Virus record (IMG/VR): IMGVR_UViG_2595698952_000001
Location: 96,001 to 160,000 of that record
Length of the DNA stretch: 64,000 nucleotides
Origin: a virus
Lineage: Duplodnaviria > Caudoviricetes
Direction: 5' to 3' (one strand)
Position 1 is the first letter of the stretch. The number at the start of each line of letters is the position of its first letter. Shown in pieces: positions 55,296 to 64,000 of this stretch. The notes below the pieces were generated by a model. That model was not told where the DNA came from. It saw only the letters and a program-made list of their open reading frames with translations, and made no database searches. Both the position numbers and the translations under genes were made by a program.

Positions 55296-57338
55296 TTAGC
55301 TCTCCCGACGGTAAACTTTGATAGTGGTGTTGAACTGAGTCAGCAACACACCGCCGTAAGCATTCAGATCCAGCGTCACGGAATAACCGTTAGCTTTATC
55401 GTCCGCAGTGAAGTAGGCGCTCGGAGTCACGTCTGCAATATTATCCAGACGACCTTCCAGTCGTTCGGTAATTTTGTTTTCGATCATCTTCGCACGCTCG
55501 TTGTCGGTCATGCGGTTTTCACCAGACATGTCCGCCCACACCCCATCAGACACACGGTATACGTAGGTCATGATGAAGTTGAACAGTGCGTTGTTCAGCA
55601 CCGAACGGTCTTCGCTGTAGATGGACTGAATCGCCGGAATGAACAGACGATAGTAGTCGCGGCTACGGGCAGTGATGAGCGACACATCCCAGTCGGACGC
55701 ATACACTTCATTGCCTTTCCACGGCATACTCAGATCGTACAGATCCTCGATGATCGTTTCTTCACCGCGGCTAAAGCGGGCTGAAGGTTTCGCACGACCC
55801 TCGCCAGCACCGAGATACTTCGAGAAGAAGCTCGCGATACTGTAGTTCATCGGAACCGGCTTCTTGTAGGAAGAGTTACGGATGAACGCGGTCTGACCGG
55901 TCACCATCCCACGCGCCGCAGGCGTACCGTAGTACGAGCTTTCTGGCACAGAGGTGATGAGTTCAATCAGAGCAACTTTGGCACCCTCTTCGGTTTGCAG
56001 GTCATTACGACCCTGGTCGAAGACGTGGGTACACAGAGTCAAGAAGGTGTTACGCGACTTGCCGATGAAGTTCACGCAAGCTTCTTTGGTATCGAACGAG
56101 AAGCCCGAGTCCCAGAAGCAGCCGAGTGAATATTTCAGTTCGTTGTCGTAACGGACTTTCCCGTCTTCTGGGAACAGCAGCATTTCACGACGAACGAGTT
56201 CATCGTACGTGCTGTCGCCCATGGTACCATCGCTACCACCTTGCAGGTAGTGGATGTTAGACGCGGAGAAGACCATTTTGCCGGTTTCGGTCGCAGGGTT
56301 GACCTGCACACCGTCGTACGGCTGACCAATGAGGTCGAGACCGCCAAAGATGTCGACCATGTACGGATCGGCAATATTGACGTTTTGCACAGCAGCCTGT
56401 GCCAGGCCCAGTACGGTTTCGAGGTTGTCACGGTAGATGTGGAACTCTTCGAAAGGACCGTAGTCTGGCAGCCCGCCGACATCCGGCATCGTCTTACGGT
56501 AGCCATCAGGAATGATGACATCGAAGTCGAGCTGGGTGCGCATCGGCAGATAGTATGCATCAGGCTTAAAGCTGAAGTTCATGCTGCTCAGACCGGTGAG
56601 GGTTTTCCACACCACTGGTGAAGTCACACCTTCCAGGGTTTCGAACCACTGGAGTTGGTACATACGGCCACCGACGCTGTTCTGATAAGCAGACGCCATC
56701 GTTGGGCTGGACTTCTCATTGAGCGGAACCATCTTAAACCCAAAGCCATTGACATCTGCACCCGCGTACGGGCCCTGGATGTCGAACAGTGGGTAAAGCT
56801 TGGATTTGGTACCGCCGTCGCCGGTCATGGTACCATCGGTCACTACACCCGCTTTGAAAGCAGGGGTCGTGCTATCGATGATAACAGAACGGAACACAAC
56901 GACGATACCGTCAACCTGCTCTTTGACCTTGGGCTTGCCAGTCGCATCATACTGGACAATCCCGTTAATGCGTTCGTACGCCGGAACTTTCGTTTCGAGT
57001 ACATCTGCAAACACACGGATCGCTGCGGTTTTCGCATCGTCCGGTACCAGACGCTGATACATACACTCGTTGCCGTTGGCGTTAAACATTGCCTGATAAG
57101 GCGTGTTGAACGTCGCATACGGGCCACGCAGGTCAAAGATACTACGACCAAGCAGAGACAGTGCATTATCCCCGGTTAACGGGAACGCCTCGTTGTCTAC
57201 CCCGCGCGCGGCAAAGGTGAAGATCAGCGGCTTATGAATCGGATCGCCGGTGGCGGTCCGTACAAGCGGAAGAACAGAATTATCCTGCCAACCTTGCTTG
57301 TTATTCAACGGCGCGCCGTTTCGTGGAATAAAAGTCAT
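55296..57338 (-). CDS. Tail sheath protein (phiKZ gp29-like)
   Basis: 680 aa; NGAP...G.QD.S, QRLVP.DA, GGSDG, WDSGF, PESSYYGTPAARG. Confidence 0.88.
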   Translation of the reverse strand: MTFIPRNGAPLNNKQGWQDNSVLPLVRTATGDPIHKPLIFTFAARGVDNEAFPLTGDNALSLLGRSIFDLRGPYATFNTPYQAMFNANGNECMYQRLVPDDAKTAAIRVFADVLETKVPAYERINGIVQYDATGKPKVKEQVDGIVVVFRSVIIDSTTPAFKAGVVTDGTMTGDGGTKSKLYPLFDIQGPYAGADVNGFGFKMVPLNEKSSPTMASAYQNSVGGRMYQLQWFETLEGVTSPVVWKTLTGLSSMNFSFKPDAYYLPMRTQLDFDVIIPDGYRKTMPDVGGLPDYGPFEEFHIYRDNLETVLGLAQAAVQNVNIADPYMVDIFGGLDLIGQPYDGVQVNPATETGKMVFSASNIHYLQGGSDGTMGDSTYDELVRREMLLFPEDGKVRYDNELKYSLGCFWDSGFSFDTKEACVNFIGKSRNTFLTLCTHVFDQGRNDLQTEEGAKVALIELITSVPESSYYGTPAARGMVTGQTAFIRNSSYKKPVPMNYSIASFFSKYLGAGEGRAKPSARFSRGEETIIEDLYDLSMPWKGNEVYASDWDVSLITARSRDYYRLFIPAIQSIYSEDRSVLNNALFNFIMTYVYRVSDGVWADMSGENRMTDNERAKMIENKITERLEGRLDNIADVTPSAYFTADDKANGYSVTLDLNAYGGVLLTQFNTTIKVYRRES

Positions 57339-57396
57339 GGAACGTCTCCATAATTCGTCTTAAAAGACCTGTGGGTCATACTAAGGTATCAATCTC

Positions 57397-58305
57397 ATGG
57401 CACTCGAAAACGCTTACAGCGGCAATCCCTTTAGCAGCCTTGACCTGACACGCATCAAAGCTGACCTGGAACTGGCCCGTTCACTCAATCAAACCAGACC
57501 GCAGTCTGACGAAGTTCACTACGTTATTGAAACTGCCGATGTAAAACCGTTTCCTCTGCCGATTGTGATCGGCGACGACGTGTATGTTGACGCACGCACG
57601 TTTACCACGCTGGACAAATCCAACGAGCTAAAAATTCGTAACCTGACTGAGCACGCACTGCGACTCGACCAGGCACGTTGGGAATTAGTGTGGAAACGGA
57701 ATGGCGGAAAGCTGGGTGCACTGATGTCCCAGATGTATTATCACCATGAGATTTTCAGTAAATGGGTGACCGATGCCATCGACCACGCAAATACACTCGC
57801 TCCATATCAAAGCGCACAAGTCAAAGCACTGGCCGCGCTTTTCTCTGTGGGGCAGTTCTACAACAACTTCGAAGACGAAGTAAAAGCACTGCGGATGCAG
57901 CAAATGTTGGAGAACGAACTGGGTATTGCGAGTGAAGTGTTTGAATCGGTAACGGGACATACTGATTACTTATTCCCCCGCAACATCAGCGAATTCGTTG
58001 AGATGGTGAAACAGGCTGACATCAGTTCCCGCCTGAAAGACCTGAGTGTGGTCAGCCTGCAAGCCATGCTCTCGGCAAGCTTTGGCCCGTTCGTCAGCTA
58101 CGACCGCCAGTTGGCGACCAGCGCGATCGAATACCCGCCAACGCTGTTCTGCATGACCAAAGCGTGTCTGGACAACAACATGTTTAACCGTTTCCGTTTC
58201 GGTGGCATGGTGAAGAAAACCGACGCAGCGAAAAAGAAAGACAAGTTCGAAGGTACTTTCAACACGCTGATGAACCAGTACACTAAACCCCTGAACACAA
58301 AGTAA
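57397..58305 (+). CDS. Virion structural protein (phiKZ gp28-like position)
   Basis: 302 aa divergent from the sheath gene; AIEYPPT motif. Confidence 0.65.
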   Translation: MALENAYSGNPFSSLDLTRIKADLELARSLNQTRPQSDEVHYVIETADVKPFPLPIVIGDDVYVDARTFTTLDKSNELKIRNLTEHALRLDQARWELVWKRNGGKLGALMSQMYYHHEIFSKWVTDAIDHANTLAPYQSAQVKALAALFSVGQFYNNFEDEVKALRMQQMLENELGIASEVFESVTGHTDYLFPRNISEFVEMVKQADISSRLKDLSVVSLQAMLSASFGPFVSYDRQLATSAIEYPPTLFCMTKACLDNNMFNRFRFGGMVKKTDAAKKKDKFEGTFNTLMNQYTKPLNTK

Positions 58306-58315
58306 GAGGCCCACT

Positions 58316-60835
58316 ATGGAGAACTGGCTGGTCGCCCACGCCGTTAAGAATGCGTGGCAGCGTCCGTACCTCGACGGGGAGTTGAACATCGCTCCCTTCC
58401 GACTCTCTCCGCAAACCGGGGCGATCGGCTTTTTCAAACACGGTCGGCTTCCTGTCCCCCTCCCAAAAGAGGGGAGTTGGTGGCACGCGTATGTGATTGA
58501 CAAACTGCACCTGAATTGGGGCAACCTGGCGATTCCGGTAAACCGCTGGAAGAAACTGTCGACCTGTGTAAACGGGTTCAGTACCTGGATGCAAGTATAC
58601 AACGAAGACGGTACGATTATTCCAGCCGACTCGGTATACTTCTGGCGTACCATCGCCGGACAGATTTACATGGCGATTCCCCAGACCGATCGCTATAAGT
58701 GGTTGGATACGGAACCGTGTTATCTGCGCATCTATGCTGGTTACAATGGTGGCAACAATGCCCCGGTGATTAAACCCACTTTCACGGAGTATTACGCCCC
58801 GCCGAATCCGCAACAGATTCAGGTGGTGCTCGATCGCTACAACTTACTGAAAACCCAAAACGTGGGCTACGTTGACATGTGGGTTAACGGTAAGATGGTT
58901 CTGAACCCAACCACCTCGAGCATGAAGTCGTGGGACGATGTGGATGTGCGAGTTGATGGGCGCGCGCGCCGAGTGATTGATTACCGCTGTGGGGATTTGC
59001 CAACGTTTTATTCCGATTTGGATAAGACCCGTAAATACCTGCTGCACATCCCGAAGAAAGACGGTCAATGGATTTTCAACGATGACGTTGAGATTCAGTT
59101 GCTGTGGAAAGGGGAAGGGCGGTATTACCACCTGCACCGCCAGCAGGCAGTACGTCAGTTAACCTGGAACGATTTGGCGATTCCTACGGAGCGCATTTCG
59201 AAATACCGCAACACGTTCAGTAACCCGTTAAACGACATCGACGAATTAACCATTCGCTTGATTATCCGTGACGACTACCTGGACTTGGCCCCGCTGTATA
59301 ACTCTTCCCACACGCATGACCTGTACCGTCTGACCGATGAGTTAATCATCGATGCGATGGTCGGGGCCAATGCGAACGTGGCCGAATGGCAAGCCGCCAA
59401 TTTGGAGAAGTCTGCGGCCAACCGTTTAGCGGCAGCGAAGTTACGGAACATTACCCGTGACCTGGCGACGGATGCGTACGGGTATAATGCGGTGTCGTTG
59501 TATGCCGCGGATACGCCGCAGCGGTTAGTGGCGCAACCCGGTGGGTCATTACAGGGTGTTCTGCCCGACCACCTTGCAGCACTCTCAACCGTGTACGAGT
59601 ATGACGCGGACGGTGTTCTGCTCGAGAAGCACGCGAACAAAGGGTACGACATTTACATTGCTCGTAACCCGCAAGCCCGTATCATCGAAGCCATTGCCTC
59701 GGATGCCTCGGATGCGGTACACATCGTTGACAATGCCCCAGACTTCGAAATCGAAGAGGGTATGAATGTGAATCTGTGGATTCGTATTCTGAAAAACGAA
59801 GTACCGACCGATGACTATTACCAGGCCGTGGAAGACGAAGATTACCAACGCAAAGACAACCAGATTACCTGGACAGTCGATCGCACACGTCGTCATCCGA
59901 CGGTGATTTACGATGACAAGCATCTCTTCTTTGAAGTTGATGTGAATGTCAGCGAAGGGCAGATTCGTGTGCCGATTGTGGCGCGTAACCAATCCGGGCA
60001 ACAGCGTACTTTGTGGATTCCGATGGAATCGATTGAAGTGTGGCTGAACGGTCACCCGCTGGTGCACTCCATTGACTTTGTGGCTATTTGGCCTGAGGTC
60101 GTGGTGACGTGTAAAGCCTGGATGAGTGACACCGACACTAACCGCGTGGCAGTACGCTGTCGCGGTGTGACGGGATTAATGCGGGTGCCGAAGTGTGGGT
60201 TTGTCTCCAGTGGGTTACTGTCCAACAACAGCCAATACGACTGCCGTGATGACAAAGTGATTCGCGTAATTGGGGGCGGGTCGCTGTTACTGCGGGACGA
60301 GGTTATCTTCCGCGAAGACAATGCCATTGGTACCGACATCGTGGCTGACGGGTTCCCGTACTCTGTCGCTGACCCAACGATTCCCCTGCGCACGTTAATC
60401 AGCGGGGACTTGTACGCCCTGCGTGATGCTGCCCGTGACCTGGATGACCGTGTTGAAGCGTACCTGACCAACTGGTTCCCAACACCACCGCCGGTAAACC
60501 CGGTGCCGTTGCCTGGCCGGTATCATTTGTACTCGCCGACACTGAACAAAATCCTCTGGGATTACCTCAATGGGATTTTGATTCTGAAAGAGGACGACCC
60601 GGAATACCGTATCTCCACAACCCAACTTGACGACATCATGGAGCGTTACAAAGACCTCCTGAATTTCGACCCGGCGTATATCGGGTACGACAAAGCGTTT
60701 GTGAAACTGCATCCGCACGTTAAGTACGAAGTGGTGGAAGTGAACGAGTTAGGCTTTGCCTTCTTGGATCGCGTGAACCAACGCTATCTGAATGGCGAGG
60801 TGCAGCTTAACCAGTATCTGAAAATCAAGGGTTAA
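58316..60835 (+). CDS. Virion baseplate-region protein (phiKZ gp27-like position)
   Basis: 839 aa, conserved order sheath <- gp28, gp27, gp26, terminase. Confidence 0.65.
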   Translation: MENWLVAHAVKNAWQRPYLDGELNIAPFRLSPQTGAIGFFKHGRLPVPLPKEGSWWHAYVIDKLHLNWGNLAIPVNRWKKLSTCVNGFSTWMQVYNEDGTIIPADSVYFWRTIAGQIYMAIPQTDRYKWLDTEPCYLRIYAGYNGGNNAPVIKPTFTEYYAPPNPQQIQVVLDRYNLLKTQNVGYVDMWVNGKMVLNPTTSSMKSWDDVDVRVDGRARRVIDYRCGDLPTFYSDLDKTRKYLLHIPKKDGQWIFNDDVEIQLLWKGEGRYYHLHRQQAVRQLTWNDLAIPTERISKYRNTFSNPLNDIDELTIRLIIRDDYLDLAPLYNSSHTHDLYRLTDELIIDAMVGANANVAEWQAANLEKSAANRLAAAKLRNITRDLATDAYGYNAVSLYAADTPQRLVAQPGGSLQGVLPDHLAALSTVYEYDADGVLLEKHANKGYDIYIARNPQARIIEAIASDASDAVHIVDNAPDFEIEEGMNVNLWIRILKNEVPTDDYYQAVEDEDYQRKDNQITWTVDRTRRHPTVIYDDKHLFFEVDVNVSEGQIRVPIVARNQSGQQRTLWIPMESIEVWLNGHPLVHSIDFVAIWPEVVVTCKAWMSDTDTNRVAVRCRGVTGLMRVPKCGFVSSGLLSNNSQYDCRDDKVIRVIGGGSLLLRDEVIFREDNAIGTDIVADGFPYSVADPTIPLRTLISGDLYALRDAARDLDDRVEAYLTNWFPTPPPVNPVPLPGRYHLYSPTLNKILWDYLNGILILKEDDPEYRISTTQLDDIMERYKDLLNFDPAYIGYDKAFVKLHPHVKYEVVEVNELGFAFLDRVNQRYLNGEVQLNQYLKIKG

Positions 60836-60837
60836 TC

Positions 60838-62481
60838 ATGGCCAAGATTGCTACCAAATTAATCGACAAGGATCGCGGGTTCGAAGTGTGGGACCCGAGT
60901 GAATTGTATCAAACGGGGAAACCCACGGGGTATGTGCCAAACCCGAAAGACCTTATCATCAACGAAATCACCAGTGGTTTCGATCGGGTGGTCAGCACCA
61001 ACTATGCCGTACCCAGTTGGGAAGTTGAACCGTTCGGGGGTGTGGGTGTGGCAAACCAGGATGGCCGGTTAAACGGCCACTATGCGCTGCGTTCTGACAA
61101 ATACCGTGTGTACGTTGACAGCTCTAAGTTGCCTGCGACCATGGTAATTGACGATGCGGTGTCCTGGGATGGCCCAGACATCGATGGGGTACGTATCTTG
61201 CGTGGCTCCAGCGTGTCGGATGCCGCAGAGATTCTCTCGGGCTTCTACAAAGACGGTAAACTGAAATACACCTACCTGCCAACCCAAACCATTTCGGTGG
61301 AAGGGGCGGACACGGTGGTGAAGAAAGCTTTACCGGGCAGTTGTCTGGCAGAAGTCAGCAACGGTGAAGAGTGCATGTTCATCGTGTATTCCGATGTCGG
61401 AAACGTGGTGCAGATTGCCCACGGTCATATCGTCAAAACCAATTTGGTGATGGCGCAGGAAACCCCGACACGTACCGTCCTCGGTATCAAGTTGATTTCT
61501 CCGTTCCTGGTCGATGACGACGGTACCACCCTGACCCTGCCGATTAACATGCCACTGGATTCGATTCCGCTGTGGTGTGATATTCAGTACAGTGACGGCA
61601 CCAAACGTCTGCCGATTGACCAGGCGCGTGTGAAGTTTAACGGTCTGCGTAACTCCGGTTCGCAAGACACGTTCTACATCTCCTCGAATGCCGGGAACAA
61701 ACTGCCGTGCGTGTTAAGTTACCAACTGGCCAAAGGGGAAACCTACGGCGGAACGGATGTGGTCGGTGACACCATTGTCAAGGACTACACCGCGGTAACT
61801 GAGCAAGTGGACGGGGCGTACTCCATGAAACTGTTCGTGATTCCGCGCTGGCTTGATGCTAACCGTGGCTACCGACTGGACTTCATGTTGTATAACCTGA
61901 CGCGTGGGAAAGTGTACGATGCGACCGCCGCCATCCAATACACCAGTGGGACAACCTTTGACCCGCTGCTGATGGGTGTGAAGCAACGTCTGAATGTGCA
62001 GGTCGATATCTCGAAAGTCGATGCGCAGTTCCGTGCGTTTATTCAGGCACAATCGTTCGCGATTACACTGGTGAACCCAGGTAACGAACTCAACACCAAC
62101 TTCCTGCTGGAATACTTGCCAGATGGCTTGAAATACGGTCAGGAGATTTGGGCTGAGTTTAAATACTCCAACGTCAACTACTCTGAACTCGACGTCAGTG
62201 TGAAAGCTGCATCGAAAGCCGAATGGTTGAAAACGCTGTATGACCCGGTCTACCCGCTGTACGATCGTCGTAACGAATCAGGGCCACTGGAGCCGACCCA
62301 CTTTGAAATCCACGTTGGCGGCAAGGTTTACACCTACACCGTTGATGAATGGATGACGAAGAAGGTTATCGACTACCGTGTGGCACTGGATGCTCCGCTG
62401 GTTATCCGTTGGATTCGTCGCACACCAACCGATACGTTAAACCTTGCGGCCACGCCAATGTTGGCGCACCACATCGAGTAA
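60838..62481 (+). CDS. Virion structural protein (phiKZ gp26-like position)
   Basis: 547 aa beta-rich ORF upstream of the terminase. Confidence 0.65.
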   Translation: MAKIATKLIDKDRGFEVWDPSELYQTGKPTGYVPNPKDLIINEITSGFDRVVSTNYAVPSWEVEPFGGVGVANQDGRLNGHYALRSDKYRVYVDSSKLPATMVIDDAVSWDGPDIDGVRILRGSSVSDAAEILSGFYKDGKLKYTYLPTQTISVEGADTVVKKALPGSCLAEVSNGEECMFIVYSDVGNVVQIAHGHIVKTNLVMAQETPTRTVLGIKLISPFLVDDDGTTLTLPINMPLDSIPLWCDIQYSDGTKRLPIDQARVKFNGLRNSGSQDTFYISSNAGNKLPCVLSYQLAKGETYGGTDVVGDTIVKDYTAVTEQVDGAYSMKLFVIPRWLDANRGYRLDFMLYNLTRGKVYDATAAIQYTSGTTFDPLLMGVKQRLNVQVDISKVDAQFRAFIQAQSFAITLVNPGNELNTNFLLEYLPDGLKYGQEIWAEFKYSNVNYSELDVSVKAASKAEWLKTLYDPVYPLYDRRNESGPLEPTHFEIHVGGKVYTYTVDEWMTKKVIDYRVALDAPLVIRWIRRTPTDTLNLAATPMLAHHIE

Positions 62482-62524
62482 AACCACTCCTCCTCTCCTT
62501 CGGGAGAGGAGGTGAGGAGATTGT

Positions 62525-64000
62525 ATGATACTGCGTGAATCTGATTGGGGATACTATCCGGGTTCGTTACCGGATGACACCACACCCAATAAGAGCTTTA
62601 AGAAATTTGCGAGTCTGCTTAACCAGTTAGGCGTGAAACATTACTACGTTCACCTCGCGCTGCACAACCGTGACCTGCTGGGTGTCGACCCGTTCTCACC
62701 AGACTTAACGCTGGAACAGAAAGCGGCAATCATTACCGAGTGTGCTGAGAACCCGTGGTACTTCTTCCGCGAATGTGTGCGGGTACCTGCGGATGGTATG
62801 AAAAACGGTTTACCCTTTCGTATCGACCGCGGTAACTTTTCGATGTACTGGATTTTCTTCAACAACATCGATGCGGCAGTAGAGTTCCTCCGTCAGCACG
62901 GTAAGACAGTCGGGATGTCCGCGCTGCTGTTGTGGCTGATGCGCTTCCTGGAGAACTCCCGTACCATTCTCGTGACCAAAGGCCCGGCCCTGCGTGAAGA
63001 AACCATCAACAAGATGAAACAGCTTCGCAACGGATTACCGGATTACCTGTGGCCACACCATCCGGATGACCCGGATAACCGTGAGACCTTTGCATGTCTC
63101 GCGCAGGGCAACAAACTGATTACCGGTATCGGTCAGAACGATGCAGAATCAGCAAACGGTGTGGGGCGTGGATTAACCGCCGGTCGTCTGTTCGGCGATG
63201 AAGGCCCCTTCACCAAAAACATCCACCACATCTTACCTGCGGCACTGGCATCGGGTACGGCTGCGCGTCGTATCAACGAAGCCGAAGGCGTCCCTTATGG
63301 AAACGTCTTCGCCACTACGCCAGGTGACCTCGCCACGGAAGAAGGCGCGTACATGTACGAGCTAATGACTTCCGGGATTATGTGGGATGAGCGTTACATT
63401 GACATTCCTTCGCGTACCCAGCTGATTGACATTATCCGCAAAGGGTCAACCGCGAAGATTCCACGTATCATGTTCTACGTGAAGTACAACCACCGACAAC
63501 TGGGCACCACCGATGAGGAGCTGGCAGACATGATCGCCAACGCCCCAGGTACCCCTGACCAGATCCGCCGTGACTTCGGTGGGGAATGGACTACCGGTGG
63601 CTTTAACAAACCGTTCTCGGGTGATGACGCGCGTCGCATGAACGCCTCGAGAATGCGTGCCGTGTACAAGGACATTTCTCCGTCCAACTACGTGACCGAC
63701 TGGTATTACACCGAAGAAGAGATGATCACCAAGTTACACGATCGCCACATCATCGGTCTGGATACCTCGGAAGCCGTAGGGCGAGATGCTATCGCAATGT
63801 CGATTGTCAACTCTATGAACGGGGAATACGCTGGGAAGCTCACAGTGAACGAAACCAACGTCATCGGGTTTGCTATTCACCTGGCAGACTTCATGGTGCG
63901 GTATCCGAACACTGTCCTGATTCTGGAACGACGGTCAACGGGTTCTTCGGTCGCGGATGCTATCATCCTGCAATTGCAGTCGAAGGTACCTGACCTCCAC
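62525..64000 (+). CDS. terL: Terminase large subunit (3'-truncated, absent from the ORF track)
   Basis: MILRESDW...ENPWYFFRE; Walker A LRQHGKT, GRGLT, Walker B FGDEG, nuclease IGLDTSEA; open to the window end. Confidence 0.93.
   Translation, partial: MILRESDWGYYPGSLPDDTTPNKSFKKFASLLNQLGVKHYYVHLALHNRDLLGVDPFSPDLTLEQKAAIITECAENPWYFFRECVRVPADGMKNGLPFRIDRGNFSMYWIFFNNIDAAVEFLRQHGKTVGMSALLLWLMRFLENSRTILVTKGPALREETINKMKQLRNGLPDYLWPHHPDDPDNRETFACLAQGNKLITGIGQNDAESANGVGRGLTAGRLFGDEGPFTKNIHHILPAALASGTAARRINEAEGVPYGNVFATTPGDLATEEGAYMYELMTSGIMWDERYIDIPSRTQLIDIIRKGSTAKIPRIMFYVKYNHRQLGTTDEELADMIANAPGTPDQIRRDFGGEWTTGGFNKPFSGDDARRMNASRMRAVYKDISPSNYVTDWYYTEEEMITKLHDRHIIGLDTSEAVGRDAIAMSIVNSMNGEYAGKLTVNETNVIGFAIHLADFMVRYPNTVLILERRSTGSSVADAIILQLQSKVPDLH

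Noticed and set aside
54390-55784. 464-aa + strand ORF
   Set aside because: Antisense shadow of the tail tube and sheath genes; starts inside a terminator, no RBS, non-protein-like composition.
1-64000. CRISPR arrays, tRNAs, introns, inteins, transposases, alternative genetic code
   Set aside because: None seen by eye; conserved genes (thyA, RNAP subunits, terminase portion) are uninterrupted, and TAA, TAG and TGA all end genes. tRNAscan/Infernal were not run.

Overview
This window is a 64-kb segment of a phiKZ-related jumbo myophage genome (nucleus-forming Chimalliviridae type). Its gene order is what I recall for Salmonella phage SPN3US and related Erwinia jumbo phages; that assignment comes from recognised motifs and synteny, not a database search. 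Left part (1-31 kb): mostly + strand early/middle genes, including a GNAT, a macrodomain, a signal-peptide lytic transglycosylase, a spanin-like pair, a DEDDh exonuclease, RNase H, a RecA/UvsX-like ATPase, the virion RNAP beta C-terminal subunit, a NADAR-like protein, a CYTH protein, thymidylate synthase, MazG and many hypotheticals. Right part (31-64 kb): conserved virion module with a tape measure/lytic transglycosylase, split virion RNAP beta' and beta subunits, prohead protease, HAD and HD hydrolases, tail tube, tail sheath, baseplate-region proteins and a 3'-truncated terminase large subunit. No tRNA, rRNA, CRISPR array, intron or intein was seen. Most unusual signals: (i) a small protein carrying a 12-residue exact copy of the EF-Tu N-terminal motif, next to a GNAT and behind an RBS-sequestering hairpin; (ii) a 51-aa ORF missed by the ORF track that ends in the ribonucleotide reductase NrdA redox tail (DDGCAGGACKI); (iii) an apparently catalytically dead MazG paralog; (iv) both macrodomain and NADAR ADP-ribose erasers; (v) a repeated start-stop-start translation initiation element.
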